A DNA stretch of 64,000 nt from Vicinamibacterales bacterium (GCA_965247955.1 OZ252042.1:1968323-2032322); one strand, 5' to 3'. Counted from the stretch's first letter, positions 25,707 to 34,616 are shown. Notes: generated by a model not told the origin, from the sequence alone. Numbers and translations are program-made.

Positions 25707-25768
25707 GTACGTACTTGTCGGATTGTACTACTTGATCTGTACTACTTGTACGTGTAGCGGTTTGACCG
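25707..25768. repeat. ori-like region A, distal part: GTAC-rich repeats plus third iteron
   Basis: GTACGTACTTGT, then GTACTACTTG twice (inverse orientation of the 23438-23480 cluster), then TGTAGCGGTTTGACCG (25753-25768), immediately before the AAGGAAT/IS junction. Confidence 0.55.
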
Positions 25769-25824
25769 AAGGAATGGGTAGTGGTCTAGTTTGAAAAGCG
25801 CGGCCCCCTGGACAGATCGTCTCG

Positions 25825-26058
25825 ATGTGCGACAATTGGGTCGTGCCGACTCGGGCGAAAAAGAAACGGCCTCGCGATCCGAACCAGTTGGGTAAACTCG
25901 TCGTCGACATTGCGACGGGCGCAGCCCAGGACTCCGCTCCTCCTGGCCCCCAACGGGCAGGTGGCCTAAAGGGTGGTCCAGCCAGGGCGAACCGGCTGAC
26001 GCCGATAGAGCGGACGGAAATCGCGAAGCTGGCTGCCCAGGCACGCTGGAAGAAATAG
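25825..26058 (+). CDS. small basic protein (copy 2)
   Basis: Translation identical to 952-1185. Confidence 0.45.
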   Translation: MCDNWVVPTRAKKKRPRDPNQLGKLVVDIATGAAQDSAPPGPQRAGGLKGGPARANRLTPIERTEIAKLAAQARWKK

Positions 26059-26065
26059 CTGCTAA

Positions 26066-26518
26066 CTACTGCTGGCGTTCTGCAACATCTTCGCTGAAAT
26101 CCAAGATTATCTGGATTTCGGGCACCTTCTCCTCGTTCATATCGTTGTAGACAATCACGTCGGTATTCAACTGAGCGCATTCGCCAACGATGTGCTCCCG
26201 ACGTTGCGCAAAGGCTTTCTCCATGTGCTCATGGGGAGCGAATCCCATGATTGCCCAGAAGGACTGTGGCTTGCCGTCCTTGGTGGTCCGAACGGCATGG
26301 TTGACCCTATAGCGGTGACCCTTATGGGTGTCCAGCTCCTGCGCCAGGGCCTTGGACATTTGGTTCGCGAGAACCTCGCACGGATCGATTGGAGGTGGCG
26401 TTGCGAGCAAGCCCTGGTTGATGGCCCAGTCAACGGCGTCCCGAGTACGAGATGGTGCATGTTCGTGCTCTGTCTCGTACAAGTGGAAAATGGCCTGCAG
26501 TGTCTCGTTCTTGGTCAT
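26066..26518 (-). CDS. hypothetical 150-aa passenger protein (copy 2)
   Basis: Translation identical to 1193-1645. Confidence 0.6.
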   Translation of the reverse strand: MTKNETLQAIFHLYETEHEHAPSRTRDAVDWAINQGLLATPPPIDPCEVLANQMSKALAQELDTHKGHRYRVNHAVRTTKDGKPQSFWAIMGFAPHEHMEKAFAQRREHIVGECAQLNTDVIVYNDMNEEKVPEIQIILDFSEDVAERQQ

Positions 26519-26535
26519 TGGTCAAGCCTCTGGAT

Positions 26536-27663
26536 TCATAGCGACACGGGAATGGTCTGCCCCCATCCATCGGCCATCGCCGAGGGCAGCACGAATTGAC
26601 GTATTTTGACAAGGTGACGCGTTAGGTAATCCCAGCGGTCCATTCGCTTTTGCATCTGACCAATGATCAGTCCAGGGTGCCGCTGATGGAGCTTCGCAAA
26701 AGCCACAACATCCTTCTCGTAGTAGTACGGCTTCTTTCTCAGTAGGAAAGAAGCAAGCTTGTCTCGCGGGGCACAGAAATCTGCCGCAGCCGCATTCGCA
26801 GCGATTTCCTCCGGGAGAATCGTGACCCCGGCGCGGGGTGCTCCAGCCAAGTCTTCGTCGATTACTTCCTCGTCCTGGCCGTCTCTCCGAAGAACGTGCT
26901 CGATCTCATGGCGCAGGACAAACCAGAAGTTATCGATGGTGTCTCGCTGCAGCGACATGCCGATGACGGGCGAGTTGTCGTTGAGCCAAAAACACACTCC
27001 GTCGATTCTCGCCTTCGGTAGTTTCTCAACGACGACGAACCGGATGCCGCATTCGGCCATGATTCGCGGTACATGGCGTGTCTCTTCAGGAGCCCGAAGC
27101 AACGATTCCAGATCGCCGAGGGCCGTCTTCAACGCCTGCTTGGAGTACGCCGGGACCGTGATCGATTTGGCAATCTGACGCACGCGAAAGAGCCATGCCA
27201 GTTGAGGTGCGGGAATGTGCCGTTCCTCATAGCGGCTCTTCTTCGCCGCGTGCGACAGGTACGGAATCTCGCTGGCGTCGGCAACCTCAAAGAAGCGCAT
27301 AAACTGCGACTCCAACAGGGTCGTATCAGACGGTTCGATCCAACCCCGGCGAATCATCTCTCTGACCGGGAATGCGCTCTGCATGTTCCGCCGCGCGGGG
27401 ATGCTCGGGTCCGGGGTCTTGGCCTGCGACAGGTCGTAAGCCTGTTGGAGGTTCGCAAAGAACTCTGCGGACACATCGAACGCCTCGCCGAGCGCCCGAG
27501 CCATATCGGCGCTGATCCCGCGCTTTCCAGACAGAATCATGTTCACGATCTGTTCCCTACAGCCAAGAATGAACGCAAGGTCGCGCTGGAGCCAGCCACG
27601 TGTCTCCATCTCCTCCTTGATGTAGGAACCGGGGTGTTCGATCCACTCAGCATTCACAGTCAT
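26536..27663 (-). CDS. XRE HTH-ImmA/IrrE metallopeptidase fusion (copy 2)
   Basis: Translation identical to 1663-2790. Confidence 0.8.
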   Translation of the reverse strand: MTVNAEWIEHPGSYIKEEMETRGWLQRDLAFILGCREQIVNMILSGKRGISADMARALGEAFDVSAEFFANLQQAYDLSQAKTPDPSIPARRNMQSAFPVREMIRRGWIEPSDTTLLESQFMRFFEVADASEIPYLSHAAKKSRYEERHIPAPQLAWLFRVRQIAKSITVPAYSKQALKTALGDLESLLRAPEETRHVPRIMAECGIRFVVVEKLPKARIDGVCFWLNDNSPVIGMSLQRDTIDNFWFVLRHEIEHVLRRDGQDEEVIDEDLAGAPRAGVTILPEEIAANAAAADFCAPRDKLASFLLRKKPYYYEKDVVAFAKLHQRHPGLIIGQMQKRMDRWDYLTRHLVKIRQFVLPSAMADGWGQTIPVSL

Positions 27664-27672
27664 AAGTCACCC

Positions 27673-27966
27673 TTAGTGGTAGTCTTCAACTTGTAGGATG
27701 GTTACTCTGTTCGGCTTGGATTCTGTGTCGATTGTAAAGACCAATCGCCATTGGTCGTTAATCCGAATCGAACGTTCTTCACGTCGTCCTTTCAGCTTCT
27801 CGTAGTGCAGGCTCTTCCAGTTCCGCAGCGTTCGCTCGTCAGGTGCCTGTCGAATCACATGTAGTTTTCGCCTCAACGCTTTGATGACAGCAATCGGCAG
27901 TCGGGTCTCGGCGGCACGGTCCGTCTCGACAAGCGCAAGGGACGTGTCGCGGAACTCGATCTCCAT
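27673..27966 (-). CDS. higB: HigB-like toxin (copy 2)
   Basis: Translation identical to 2800-3093. Confidence 0.7.
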   Translation of the reverse strand: MEIEFRDTSLALVETDRAAETRLPIAVIKALRRKLHVIRQAPDERTLRNWKSLHYEKLKGRREERSIRINDQWRLVFTIDTESKPNRVTILQVEDYH

Positions 27967-28068
27967 CCAATCACCGAAAACAGTATAGAGAAATACACTA
28001 CTGAACGCAACTCGTTAAATTATCTTTTATGCTTGACATATCAGGTCTGGTTGATTACACTTCGTCTC

Positions 28069-28911
28069 ATGAATCGGCTAGACACGAAACGGCGGGCACA
28101 AGTCGTCGCCGCCCTAGTCGAAGGCAACAGCCTCCGGGCAACTGCCAGGATGACGGGCGTGGCTCGGATGACCGTCGAGAAGCTGCTGCGCGACTTGGGC
28201 GCAGCTTGTGCCGCGTACCAGGACGAGCATCTGCAGAATCTGCCCTGCCGCCGTATTCAGTGCGACGAGATCTGGTCGTTCGTGTACGCCAAAGCGAAGA
28301 ACGTCGAGAGTGCGAAGGACGCGCCCGACGTGGCGGGCGACGTGTGGACTTGGACGGCCATTGATGCCGACACCAAGCTGGTGCCATCGTGGCGCATCGG
28401 CTCGCGTGACTTGGCGACGGCCTATGACTTCATGCACGACCTTGCTGACCGGCTTCGGCACCGCGTGCAGCTCACGACAGACGGCCACAAGCCCTACCTG
28501 GAGGCCATCGAGAGCGCGTTCAATTTGGACGTGGATTACGCGGTGCTCCAGAAGATTTACGGCGCGGACCCGCAGCCGCAGAAGCGGTACAGCCCTGCCA
28601 ATTGCCTGGGCTACGACGTGAAGACGGTCACCGGCGAGCCGAACCCGAAGCACATCTCAACCAGCTTCGTTGAACGGCAGAATCTCACGATGCGGATGAG
28701 CATGCGGAGATTCACGAGGCTGACCAACGCCTTCTCAAAGAAGGTCGAGATGCACGCGCACTCGGTGGCGCTGCATTTCATGCACTACAACTTCGTGAAG
28801 ATCCACTCGACGCTGAGGACGACCCCGGCGCAGGCCGCTGGCGTGACCGACCGGCTGTGGGAAATTTCGGACCTCGTGGAATTGCTCGAAAGTACCGAGT
28901 CGTCAAACTAG
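28069..28911 (+). CDS. IS1-family transposase (copy 2)
   Basis: Translation identical to 3196-4038. Confidence 0.85.
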   Translation: MNRLDTKRRAQVVAALVEGNSLRATARMTGVARMTVEKLLRDLGAACAAYQDEHLQNLPCRRIQCDEIWSFVYAKAKNVESAKDAPDVAGDVWTWTAIDADTKLVPSWRIGSRDLATAYDFMHDLADRLRHRVQLTTDGHKPYLEAIESAFNLDVDYAVLQKIYGADPQPQKRYSPANCLGYDVKTVTGEPNPKHISTSFVERQNLTMRMSMRRFTRLTNAFSKKVEMHAHSVALHFMHYNFVKIHSTLRTTPAQAAGVTDRLWEISDLVELLESTESSN

Positions 28912-28973
28912 ACCACTACCGAAAACCCTAGGTCTCCCGTGTTCGCAACGTCTCTGGTGACAGCCGATTTGTG

Positions 28974-29003
28974 TTGATAATAATCCAACCGCTTAGATAT
29001 AAT
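28974..29003 (+). promoter_or_regulatory. candidate promoter of hicAB (leaderless geometry)
   Basis: TTGATA (28974-28979), 18-nt spacer, perfect TATAAT (28998-29003). The ATG at 29011 lies 7 nt downstream and has no SD. Confidence 0.45.
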
Positions 29004-29010
29004 ACTCCTT

Positions 29011-29232
29011 ATGAAGGTCAGGGAGCTCATCAAATACCTGGAAGCCCACGGCTGGTATCTCCACCGTCAGGGCAAGGGGGACCACCGGATCTATCGTCAT
29101 CCGACCAACCCGGACCCCATTACCATCGACGGGGGCGCGAATCACGAGATCCCACGCGGCACCCTCCGGAACGGTATCCTGAAGCCAGCCGGGCTGCCTG
29201 ACCCTCGGTGGCCGAAGAAGAAGGAGTCATAA
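29011..29232 (+). CDS. hicA: HicA toxin
   Basis: MKVRELIKYLEAHGWYLHRQGKGDHRIYRHP is the canonical HicA N-terminus. Confidence 0.8.
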   Translation: MKVRELIKYLEAHGWYLHRQGKGDHRIYRHPTNPDPITIDGGANHEIPRGTLRNGILKPAGLPDPRWPKKKES

Positions 29233-29233
29233 A

Positions 29234-29449
29234 ATGGACGTCATGCGCTACGCGGTCATCCTCGAACGCGGCCCCTCCAGCTGGGGCGCCCACGTGCCCG
29301 ACTTGCCCGGATGTGTGGCCGTGGGGGAGTCGGAGGCCGATGTGCTCGAGCGCATCCGGCGCTCGGTGCCCGAACACATCAAGGCGCTGCAGGAGGCCGG
29401 CCAACCGGTCCCGGATCCGGTGACCTACGTGGACTACGCGGAGGTCTGA
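29234..29449 (+). CDS. hicB: HicB antitoxin
   Basis: RYAVILERGPSSWGAHVPDLPGCVAVGESEADVLERIRRSVPEHI. Confidence 0.8.
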   Translation: MDVMRYAVILERGPSSWGAHVPDLPGCVAVGESEADVLERIRRSVPEHIKALQEAGQPVPDPVTYVDYAEV

Positions 29450-29679
29450 TGGCGCGGAAGAATCCGGCCGCGGTGGCGCTCGGGCGTCGCGGCGGGCGCA
29501 CGTCCACTGACGCGACGCAGCGGGCGGCCAAGCAGAACGCCAAGCGGGCCGGGCGGCCCCCCCGTCACGTCTCAGCGGATCTCTGGCGAAGGGTGCGCGC
29601 CCGTGTCGAGGCCGACGGCCTGACGCTCGACCAGGTCGTGCCCGCCCTCTACGAGCGGTTCATTCGGGAGGGGCTGTAA
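29449..29679 (+). CDS. small basic protein ([12 protein letters not shown] motif)
   Basis: 76 aa from ATG 29449, overlapping the hicB stop. Motif is related to the small IS passenger protein. Confidence 0.4.
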   Translation: MARKNPAAVALGRRGGRTSTDATQRAAKQNAKRAGRPPRHVSADLWRRVRARVEADGLTLDQVVPALYERFIREGL

Positions 29680-30278
29680 TGGCGAGCTTGTAGGCCGTGG
29701 CACTTCTTGTATTTCTTACCGCTTCCGCATGGGCATGGATCATTCCGGCCAACTTTCGCGCGTGGTTCGCCTGGGTTTGAAGCCGCGACAGGCCTACGCG
29801 CATCTAGGGGTAAGAAGTCAATTTGTTCTTGTGAAGGCATGCGAAAGGTGAACGTCGTTCTATTTTGGTAGTTGCTTACCGCAAAGTCACCTGCACCGAT
29901 AACATCCATGCCGATCAAAACCTGTGCGCCGTCATCTTCGACAGCTAATCTGTCTGCCTCGCTTACGTGCAAGTTAATGATTTCTACTTTATTCGGTAGT
30001 CTGAGGTTGATCAAGTACACATTGACGCGGGCGGTACCATGGACGCCTCGAACCTGAGCCATCCCAGTAGCTTTGAGACCGCATTCCTGGGAGAGCTGTT
30101 TGGTAATTACAGTTGTCGTCGCACCCGTATCCCAAATCGCCACACACTTCTTACGGAAGATGGGTAAAGACTTACCCGTCGAAGGATCGTAAGCAGCACT
30201 AACTTCGACTTCATTGGTGAGGACATTCCGTCGGGCTGGTGAATATGTTGTGAAAGCAGGAACGACGCCTTTAGGCAA
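29649..30278 (-). CDS. retropepsin-like aspartic protease with a C-terminal SEC-C motif
   Basis: [12 protein letters not shown] active-site motif, LIGMDVIG flap-like motif, C-terminal [14 protein letters not shown]. Visibly lower GC than the surroundings. Confidence 0.7.
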   Translation of the reverse strand: MPKGVVPAFTTYSPARRNVLTNEVEVSAAYDPSTGKSLPIFRKKCVAIWDTGATTTVITKQLSQECGLKATGMAQVRGVHGTARVNVYLINLRLPNKVEIINLHVSEADRLAVEDDGAQVLIGMDVIGAGDFAVSNYQNRTTFTFRMPSQEQIDFLPLDARRPVAASNPGEPRAKVGRNDPCPCGSGKKYKKCHGLQARHYSPSRMNRS

Positions 30279-30510
30279 AGTGCGCCCTTGAATGATACGT
30301 TTGCACGGTGCTGTCTGGATCTGGGGTACATCTTTGCACTAGAAACGTTCCTAGTTCATGATTTTTTGAGGTCGCTTTAATCGCCTTCACTTCATCATCA
30401 TAGGCTCCGAGCACCTGCTGGTTCTTGATCACGATATACTTTCCTTCGTATTTCTTGGCCAGTTCGATTTGATGATCGAGGTAATACTGAAACTCAGCAT
30501 TTAGGGCCAT
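30271..30510 (-). CDS. small DUF5678-like protein, partner of the protease
   Basis: 79 aa ([26 protein letters not shown]...GTFLVQRC). Overlaps the protease start by 8 nt. A paralogue lies at 60104-60322. Confidence 0.5.
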   Translation of the reverse strand: MALNAEFQYYLDHQIELAKKYEGKYIVIKNQQVLGAYDDEVKAIKATSKNHELGTFLVQRCTPDPDSTVQTYHSRAHFA

Positions 30511-30608
30511 TTTTCTCTCCGTAGACGGGTACCGTTAAAGGCCCTTTTGCCGACTAGGACTAAAAGGGCCAACTAATTGTAGCACGGCTGAATCTTCGAT
30601 TCCGTACG

Positions 30609-30744
30609 GCCCACCACGGCGCGATCGACCGCTGCGAACATTAAACCCTTTATTTCGTAGAGTCTACGCCGATCCATGTGCGACACGGTCGCCCCGTTCG
30701 GCTACACTGGTCGTAGCGACATACAGCCCACCACGGCGCGATCG
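30609..30744. repeat. two identical 19-mers GCCCACCACGGCGCGATCG in direct orientation
   Basis: Copies at 30609-30627 and 30726-30744, 117 bp apart, 120-260 bp upstream of the terminase small-subunit gene. Confidence 0.6.
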
Positions 30745-30867
30745 GGTGCTCCCCCCTAAAACTCCCCGGTCGGACGGGCGTTCGGTGCTCTCTGGGGCAC
30801 CCTATGCGTCCCTGGACACCCTATGGCATTGATCCACATGGCGCTGATCCACGGAGGCATGCGCTGA

Positions 30868-31587
30868 GTGGCGGCCGGCAGCTCGACCCCGATGGCTGGC
30901 CGCTGTGGCGCGACACTGCGCCGGAAGCCCGGCCGGTTCTGCATGGCGTATCCGCTGACGAGGAAGACCCGGTGCGCGCTCCACGGCGGGAAGAGCTTGG
31001 CCGGCCCGGCGAACGGGAACTGGAAGCACGGCATGTACTCGACCGTGCTGCCCGGGGCGCTCGGGGCCCACTATGCCACGGCCCGGCAGAACCCGGCGCT
31101 GGTGGCGCTGACCGAACAGATTGCCCTGGTCGACGCGAAGGTCTTCGAGCTGTTCGAGCAGGTACAGCGCGGCGAGTCGCCGGCCGCCTGGACGCGCGTG
31201 CTCGAGCTCGCGGCGACACAGCGGGCCGCGTTGGATGCGTTCGCCACGGCGCGGCGCTCGGCGAATGGCCCAGCCATGTCGCAGGCGCTCCGCGCCCTGA
31301 CCGAGGCGGTGACCACCCTCGGCACGGTGGCCCGGCAGGGCGCGGAGCAGGGGAAGGCGTGGGGGGTGATCAGCGACCAGCTCCACCTGCGGCGCCGGTT
31401 GGTGGACAGTGAGGTGCGACGCCAGAAGGCCGCGCACGACACGCTGACGCAGGACCGGGCGCTGGCGATGCTGGCCTACATCGCGCAGTCGGTCGCCCGG
31501 CACGTGGCGGACCCGAAAGCCAAGCAAGCCGTGGTCGATGACATGCGCAAGCTGATCGGCCCCGTCTCAGAGGTGGGGAACGGGTGA
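30868..31587 (+). CDS. terminase small subunit (putative)
   Basis: Lies directly upstream of and overlapping the large terminase. N-terminal Cys/His-rich motif (CGA...C...RCALHGGKSLAGP), then a helical region. The start may be ATG 30892. Confidence 0.5.
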   Translation: MAAGSSTPMAGRCGATLRRKPGRFCMAYPLTRKTRCALHGGKSLAGPANGNWKHGMYSTVLPGALGAHYATARQNPALVALTEQIALVDAKVFELFEQVQRGESPAAWTRVLELAATQRAALDAFATARRSANGPAMSQALRALTEAVTTLGTVARQGAEQGKAWGVISDQLHLRRRLVDSEVRRQKAAHDTLTQDRALAMLAYIAQSVARHVADPKAKQAVVDDMRKLIGPVSEVGNG

Positions 31588-33155
31588 CGGTCGCGCTCAC
31601 TGGACCGTCGTTGGAGGACCGGGCGCTCGCGGTGTTCTGCGACGACCTCGAAGCCTCGATCCGGGCGGCCGGGGACCAGCCCTCGGAACCGCTCAGCGCG
31701 GTCCGCGCCCGCTGCCAGTCCAGCTTGCGGGCATTCATCGAAGAAGTCTGGCCGGTGGTGGAGTCCCAGACCCCGTTTGTGGGCAACTGGCACATCGACG
31801 CGATCTGCGCGCACCTGGAAGCGGTGACGCGGGGCGAGCTCCGCAACCTGCTGATCAACATTCCGCCGGGGTGCATGAAGTCCTACATCGTCTCGGTCAT
31901 GTGGCCGGCGTGGGAGTGGACGCAGCATCCGCACTATCGCTACCTGTGCGTGAGCTACGACCAGAACCTGAGCACGCGCGACAACTTGCGCTGCCGCCGC
32001 ATCGTGGAGTCCGACCGCTACCGTGCGCTGTTCCCGCAGGTGGTGCTGGCCGCCGACCAGAACCAGAAGACCCGGTACGACACGCAACAGGGCGGGTGGC
32101 GCATCGGCGCCTCGGTGGGCGCGGGCCGCGTGACGGGCGAGCACCCGCACCGCAAGATCATCGACGATCCCATTAGCGTGGACGATGCCCGGTCAGACGT
32201 CGAACGGCAGCGCGTGATCGATCACTTCGACGAGACGCTGAGTTCCCGGGGCAAGGCCCTCCATGCCGCGACGGTCATCATCATGCAGCGGCTCCACCAG
32301 CACGACCTCTCCGCGCACGTGCTGGAGCGACACCGGGCGACCTACACGCACCTCTGCCTGCCGATGCAGTACGAACCGCCCCAGCCGCCCACGCCCGGAG
32401 CGCCGCCGGTGCCCCGGATGCCGGTGACGCCGCTCGGCTGGCAAGACCCGCGCACGGAGCCGGGCGAGCTGCTGTGGCCGGCCCTCTTCGACGAGGCGAC
32501 GGTGCGCGAGCTGACCCTGGAGCTGCGCGAGTATGGGGCGGCGGGCCAGTTGCAGCAGCGCCCGGTCCCGCCCGGTGGGGCGCAGTTCAAGCGAGACTGG
32601 TTTCGGATCGTCGACGCGCTGCCGGCGCAGGGCCGACTCCGGACAGCCCGAGGGTGGGACTGCGCGGCGACGGAGCCGACGTCCGGCCACGACCCCGACT
32701 ACACGGTCGGGACGAAGATCGCGCACTTCAGCGATGGTTTGTATTACGTCGAGGACGTGATTCGAGGGCGCTGGTCGCCGGGCGTCGTCGACCAGACGAT
32801 TCGGCAGACGGCCGAGCTGGACGGTCCGCGGGTGCGGATTCGGGAAGAGCAAGAAGGCGGGCACAGCGGGAAGAACGTGATTGCCAGCCATACCCGGATG
32901 CTGGCCGGCTACGACTATCAAGGCCAGCCAGCGACCGGGGCCAAGACGACGCGGTGGCGGCCGTTCGCCGTGCAGGCCGAGGCGGGGAACGTGCGGCTGC
33001 TCACGGGCGCGTGGAATCAGGCGTGGCTCGAGGAGCTGACCAGCGTGCCGGTGGCGCGGCACGACGACCAGGCGGACTCGGCGGCGCTGGCGTTCGAGGC
33101 CGTCGCGCTGGGGTACCGCGCGGCCTCGGTCGCGCGGACCCGAGAGGGCGGATGA
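31584..33155 (+). CDS. terL: terminase large subunit
   Basis: 523 aa. ATPase-like N-terminal half and a C-terminal nuclease region ending in HDDQADSAALAF, typical of phage TerL. Confidence 0.8.
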   Translation: MTVALTGPSLEDRALAVFCDDLEASIRAAGDQPSEPLSAVRARCQSSLRAFIEEVWPVVESQTPFVGNWHIDAICAHLEAVTRGELRNLLINIPPGCMKSYIVSVMWPAWEWTQHPHYRYLCVSYDQNLSTRDNLRCRRIVESDRYRALFPQVVLAADQNQKTRYDTQQGGWRIGASVGAGRVTGEHPHRKIIDDPISVDDARSDVERQRVIDHFDETLSSRGKALHAATVIIMQRLHQHDLSAHVLERHRATYTHLCLPMQYEPPQPPTPGAPPVPRMPVTPLGWQDPRTEPGELLWPALFDEATVRELTLELREYGAAGQLQQRPVPPGGAQFKRDWFRIVDALPAQGRLRTARGWDCAATEPTSGHDPDYTVGTKIAHFSDGLYYVEDVIRGRWSPGVVDQTIRQTAELDGPRVRIREEQEGGHSGKNVIASHTRMLAGYDYQGQPATGAKTTRWRPFAVQAEAGNVRLLTGAWNQAWLEELTSVPVARHDDQADSAALAFEAVALGYRAASVARTREGG

Positions 33156-33412
33156 CGATCCGCGACTTGGCGACGCATGACGCGCCGTTCGTCACGGTGG
33201 CGGAGCTGGCTGCGTATCTCCGGCTCACGACACGCATGATCTACAAGGAGATCGACGCCGGCGAATTGCGGGTCCGGCGGTTCGGGCTCCGGGGCACCAT
33301 CCGCATTCCGATGGCCGAAGCGAGGCGGTATGCCGGAGAAGCGCCGTATCCGCCCGCGACCCCCGCCCACGGCAAGGTCTCTCCTGCGCGTCACCCGCCG
33401 TCGAATCGGTGA
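33152..33412 (+). CDS. excisionase-family (MerR-like) HTH protein
   Basis: FVTVAELAAYLRLTTRMIYKEIDAGELRVRRFG..IRIPMAEARRY. Start at ATG 33152 overlaps the terL stop. Confidence 0.5.
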   Translation: MTIRDLATHDAPFVTVAELAAYLRLTTRMIYKEIDAGELRVRRFGLRGTIRIPMAEARRYAGEAPYPPATPAHGKVSPARHPPSNR

Positions 33413-33564
33413 CGCCGGTCTCGACGGCCCCAGGGGTTCTTGAGAATCATGACCCAACGCCATCCACAGCCAGGCGCGTGAAGCGCTCAGGCTCCGTCAC
33501 AGCAGACTCCCACCTGTCTCTTCAGTCCTTCGGAGGTGCCACGGTCTGGCGCCAGGTATTCAAA

Positions 33565-33593
33565 TTGACGACATATTCCTTACGTGTTATATT
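33565..33593 (+). promoter_or_regulatory. candidate promoter of the TA moron (leaderless geometry)
   Basis: TTGACG (33565-33570), 17-nt spacer, TATATT (33588-33593). The ATG at 33600 lies 7 nt downstream. Confidence 0.45.
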
Positions 33594-33599
33594 CCTTTT

Positions 33600-33965
33600 A
33601 TGGCATGGGAGGTCGAGGTCACGGACGAGTTCACAGCCTGGTGGGATGGCCTCGACGAAACCGAGCAGGAGTCGGTAACCGCGTCGGTCCAGCTGTTAGA
33701 GGCCCGTGGGCCGGTCCTGCCGATGCCGCACTCGTCGGGTATCACGACCTCCCGACACAGCCACATGCGAGAGTTGAGAATCCAGCACGCCGGACGACCC
33801 TATCGGGTGTTGTATGCGTTCGACCCACGTCGCGTCGCCCTGCTCCTGCTCGGCGGCGACAAGGTTGGCGACGACCGATGGTACGAGGTCCAGGTGCCCA
33901 GGGCTGATGCACTCTACGACGAACACCTTGCCACACTCCGAAAGGAAGGACTCCTCGATGGCTAG
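33600..33965 (+). CDS. RelE/HigB-family toxin
   Basis: 121 aa (FTAWWDGLDETEQESV...LLEARGP.LPMPHS...MRELRIQHAGRPYRVLYAFDPRR.ALLLLGGDK). Confidence 0.7.
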   Translation: MAWEVEVTDEFTAWWDGLDETEQESVTASVQLLEARGPVLPMPHSSGITTSRHSHMRELRIQHAGRPYRVLYAFDPRRVALLLLGGDKVGDDRWYEVQVPRADALYDEHLATLRKEGLLDG

Positions 33966-34266
33966 AAAGTTTTCCGAACTCCGCGCCAAGATGTCGCCGG
34001 CCGCGCAGAAGCGCGCTCGGGCCCGTACCGATCAACTCCTGGTCGAGATGCCCTTGCAGGAGCTCCGCGCGGCACGCGCCCAGACCCAGGAGCAGCTCGC
34101 GAAGGTGCTCGAGGTCAACCAAGCTGCGGTCTCGAAGCTCGAGCATCGGACGGACATGTACGTCAGCACTCTCCGGTCCTACATTGAAGCGATGGGGGGG
34201 CAGCTCGACATCGTCGCGCGGTTTCCGGACGGTCAGGTCCGTGTTGTCGGCTTCGAGGACGCCTAG
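33958..34266 (+). CDS. XRE HTH antitoxin
   Basis: 102 aa from ATG 33958, overlapping the toxin stop (LQELRAARAQTQEQLAKVLEVNQAAVSKLEHRTDMYVSTLRSYIEAMGG). Confidence 0.7.
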   Translation: MARKFSELRAKMSPAAQKRARARTDQLLVEMPLQELRAARAQTQEQLAKVLEVNQAAVSKLEHRTDMYVSTLRSYIEAMGGQLDIVARFPDGQVRVVGFEDA

Positions 34267-34269
34267 CTC

Positions 34270-34476
34270 TCAGTCATCGTCGCGCCGCGCGCCGCGTCGA
34301 TTCGCGCGCGCCGCCGCGAAGTGGTCAAGATCCTCGCGCCGGAACGCGCGCCACCCTCCCGAGAGAGTCACCGCTGGTAGTTGGCCGGTGCGTGCCCAGA
34401 GCCGGATCGCGGCAGCCGAGCAGCCCAACACCCGCGCGGCCGCCGATGGAAGCAGAAGCTCGTCGCGTTTCTCCAT
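34270..34476 (-). CDS. excisionase-family HTH protein
   Basis: LLLPSAAARVLGCSAAAIRLWARTGQLPAV.LSGGWRAFRREDLDHF. Confidence 0.45.
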   Translation of the reverse strand: MEKRDELLLPSAAARVLGCSAAAIRLWARTGQLPAVTLSGGWRAFRREDLDHFAAARANRRGARRDDD

Positions 34477-34616
34477 GAGTCACGATGGTGACAGATGAAC
34501 TGCGTGACAGAGCATGTCTCGCTACATAGCATGTGAAACCATGACTCCAAGACGCCGGCAAACCCCGCACCTCCCGTGCACCTTCACGAAATTGGTCACG
34601 CCTCGACGTGAACAGG

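Larger units (their letters stand above)
25776..28920. mobile_element. IS1-family insertion sequence carrying passenger genes, copy 2 (direct orientation)
   Basis: Offset is exactly 24,873 bp from copy 1. Same IRs (25777-25794 and 28903-28920). All five ORF translations are identical. Confidence 0.8.

Noticed and set aside
23425-25753. Invertible segment: inverted GTAC-rich repeat clusters flanking the tyrosine recombinase.
   Set aside because: Each cluster sits next to a conserved ori-type box or iteron, in the same relative order. They are better explained as parts of two oppositely oriented origin regions. The recombinase also seems to lack its catalytic Tyr.
897-28920. The 3.15-kb duplication as an assembly artefact or wrap-around of a circular contig.
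   Set aside because: Sequences outside the repeat differ on both sides, so it is not a terminal overlap. The repeat has IS termini and a consistent 7-bp inner duplication. Collapse or duplication by the assembler still cannot be excluded without reads.
30802-31527. Overlapping ORFs 30802-31527 (minus) and 30804-31412 (plus) at the start of the phage block.
   Set aside because: They compete with the 30868-31587 frame, which is coupled to terL and has a helical, small-terminase-like sequence. The alternatives are low-complexity.
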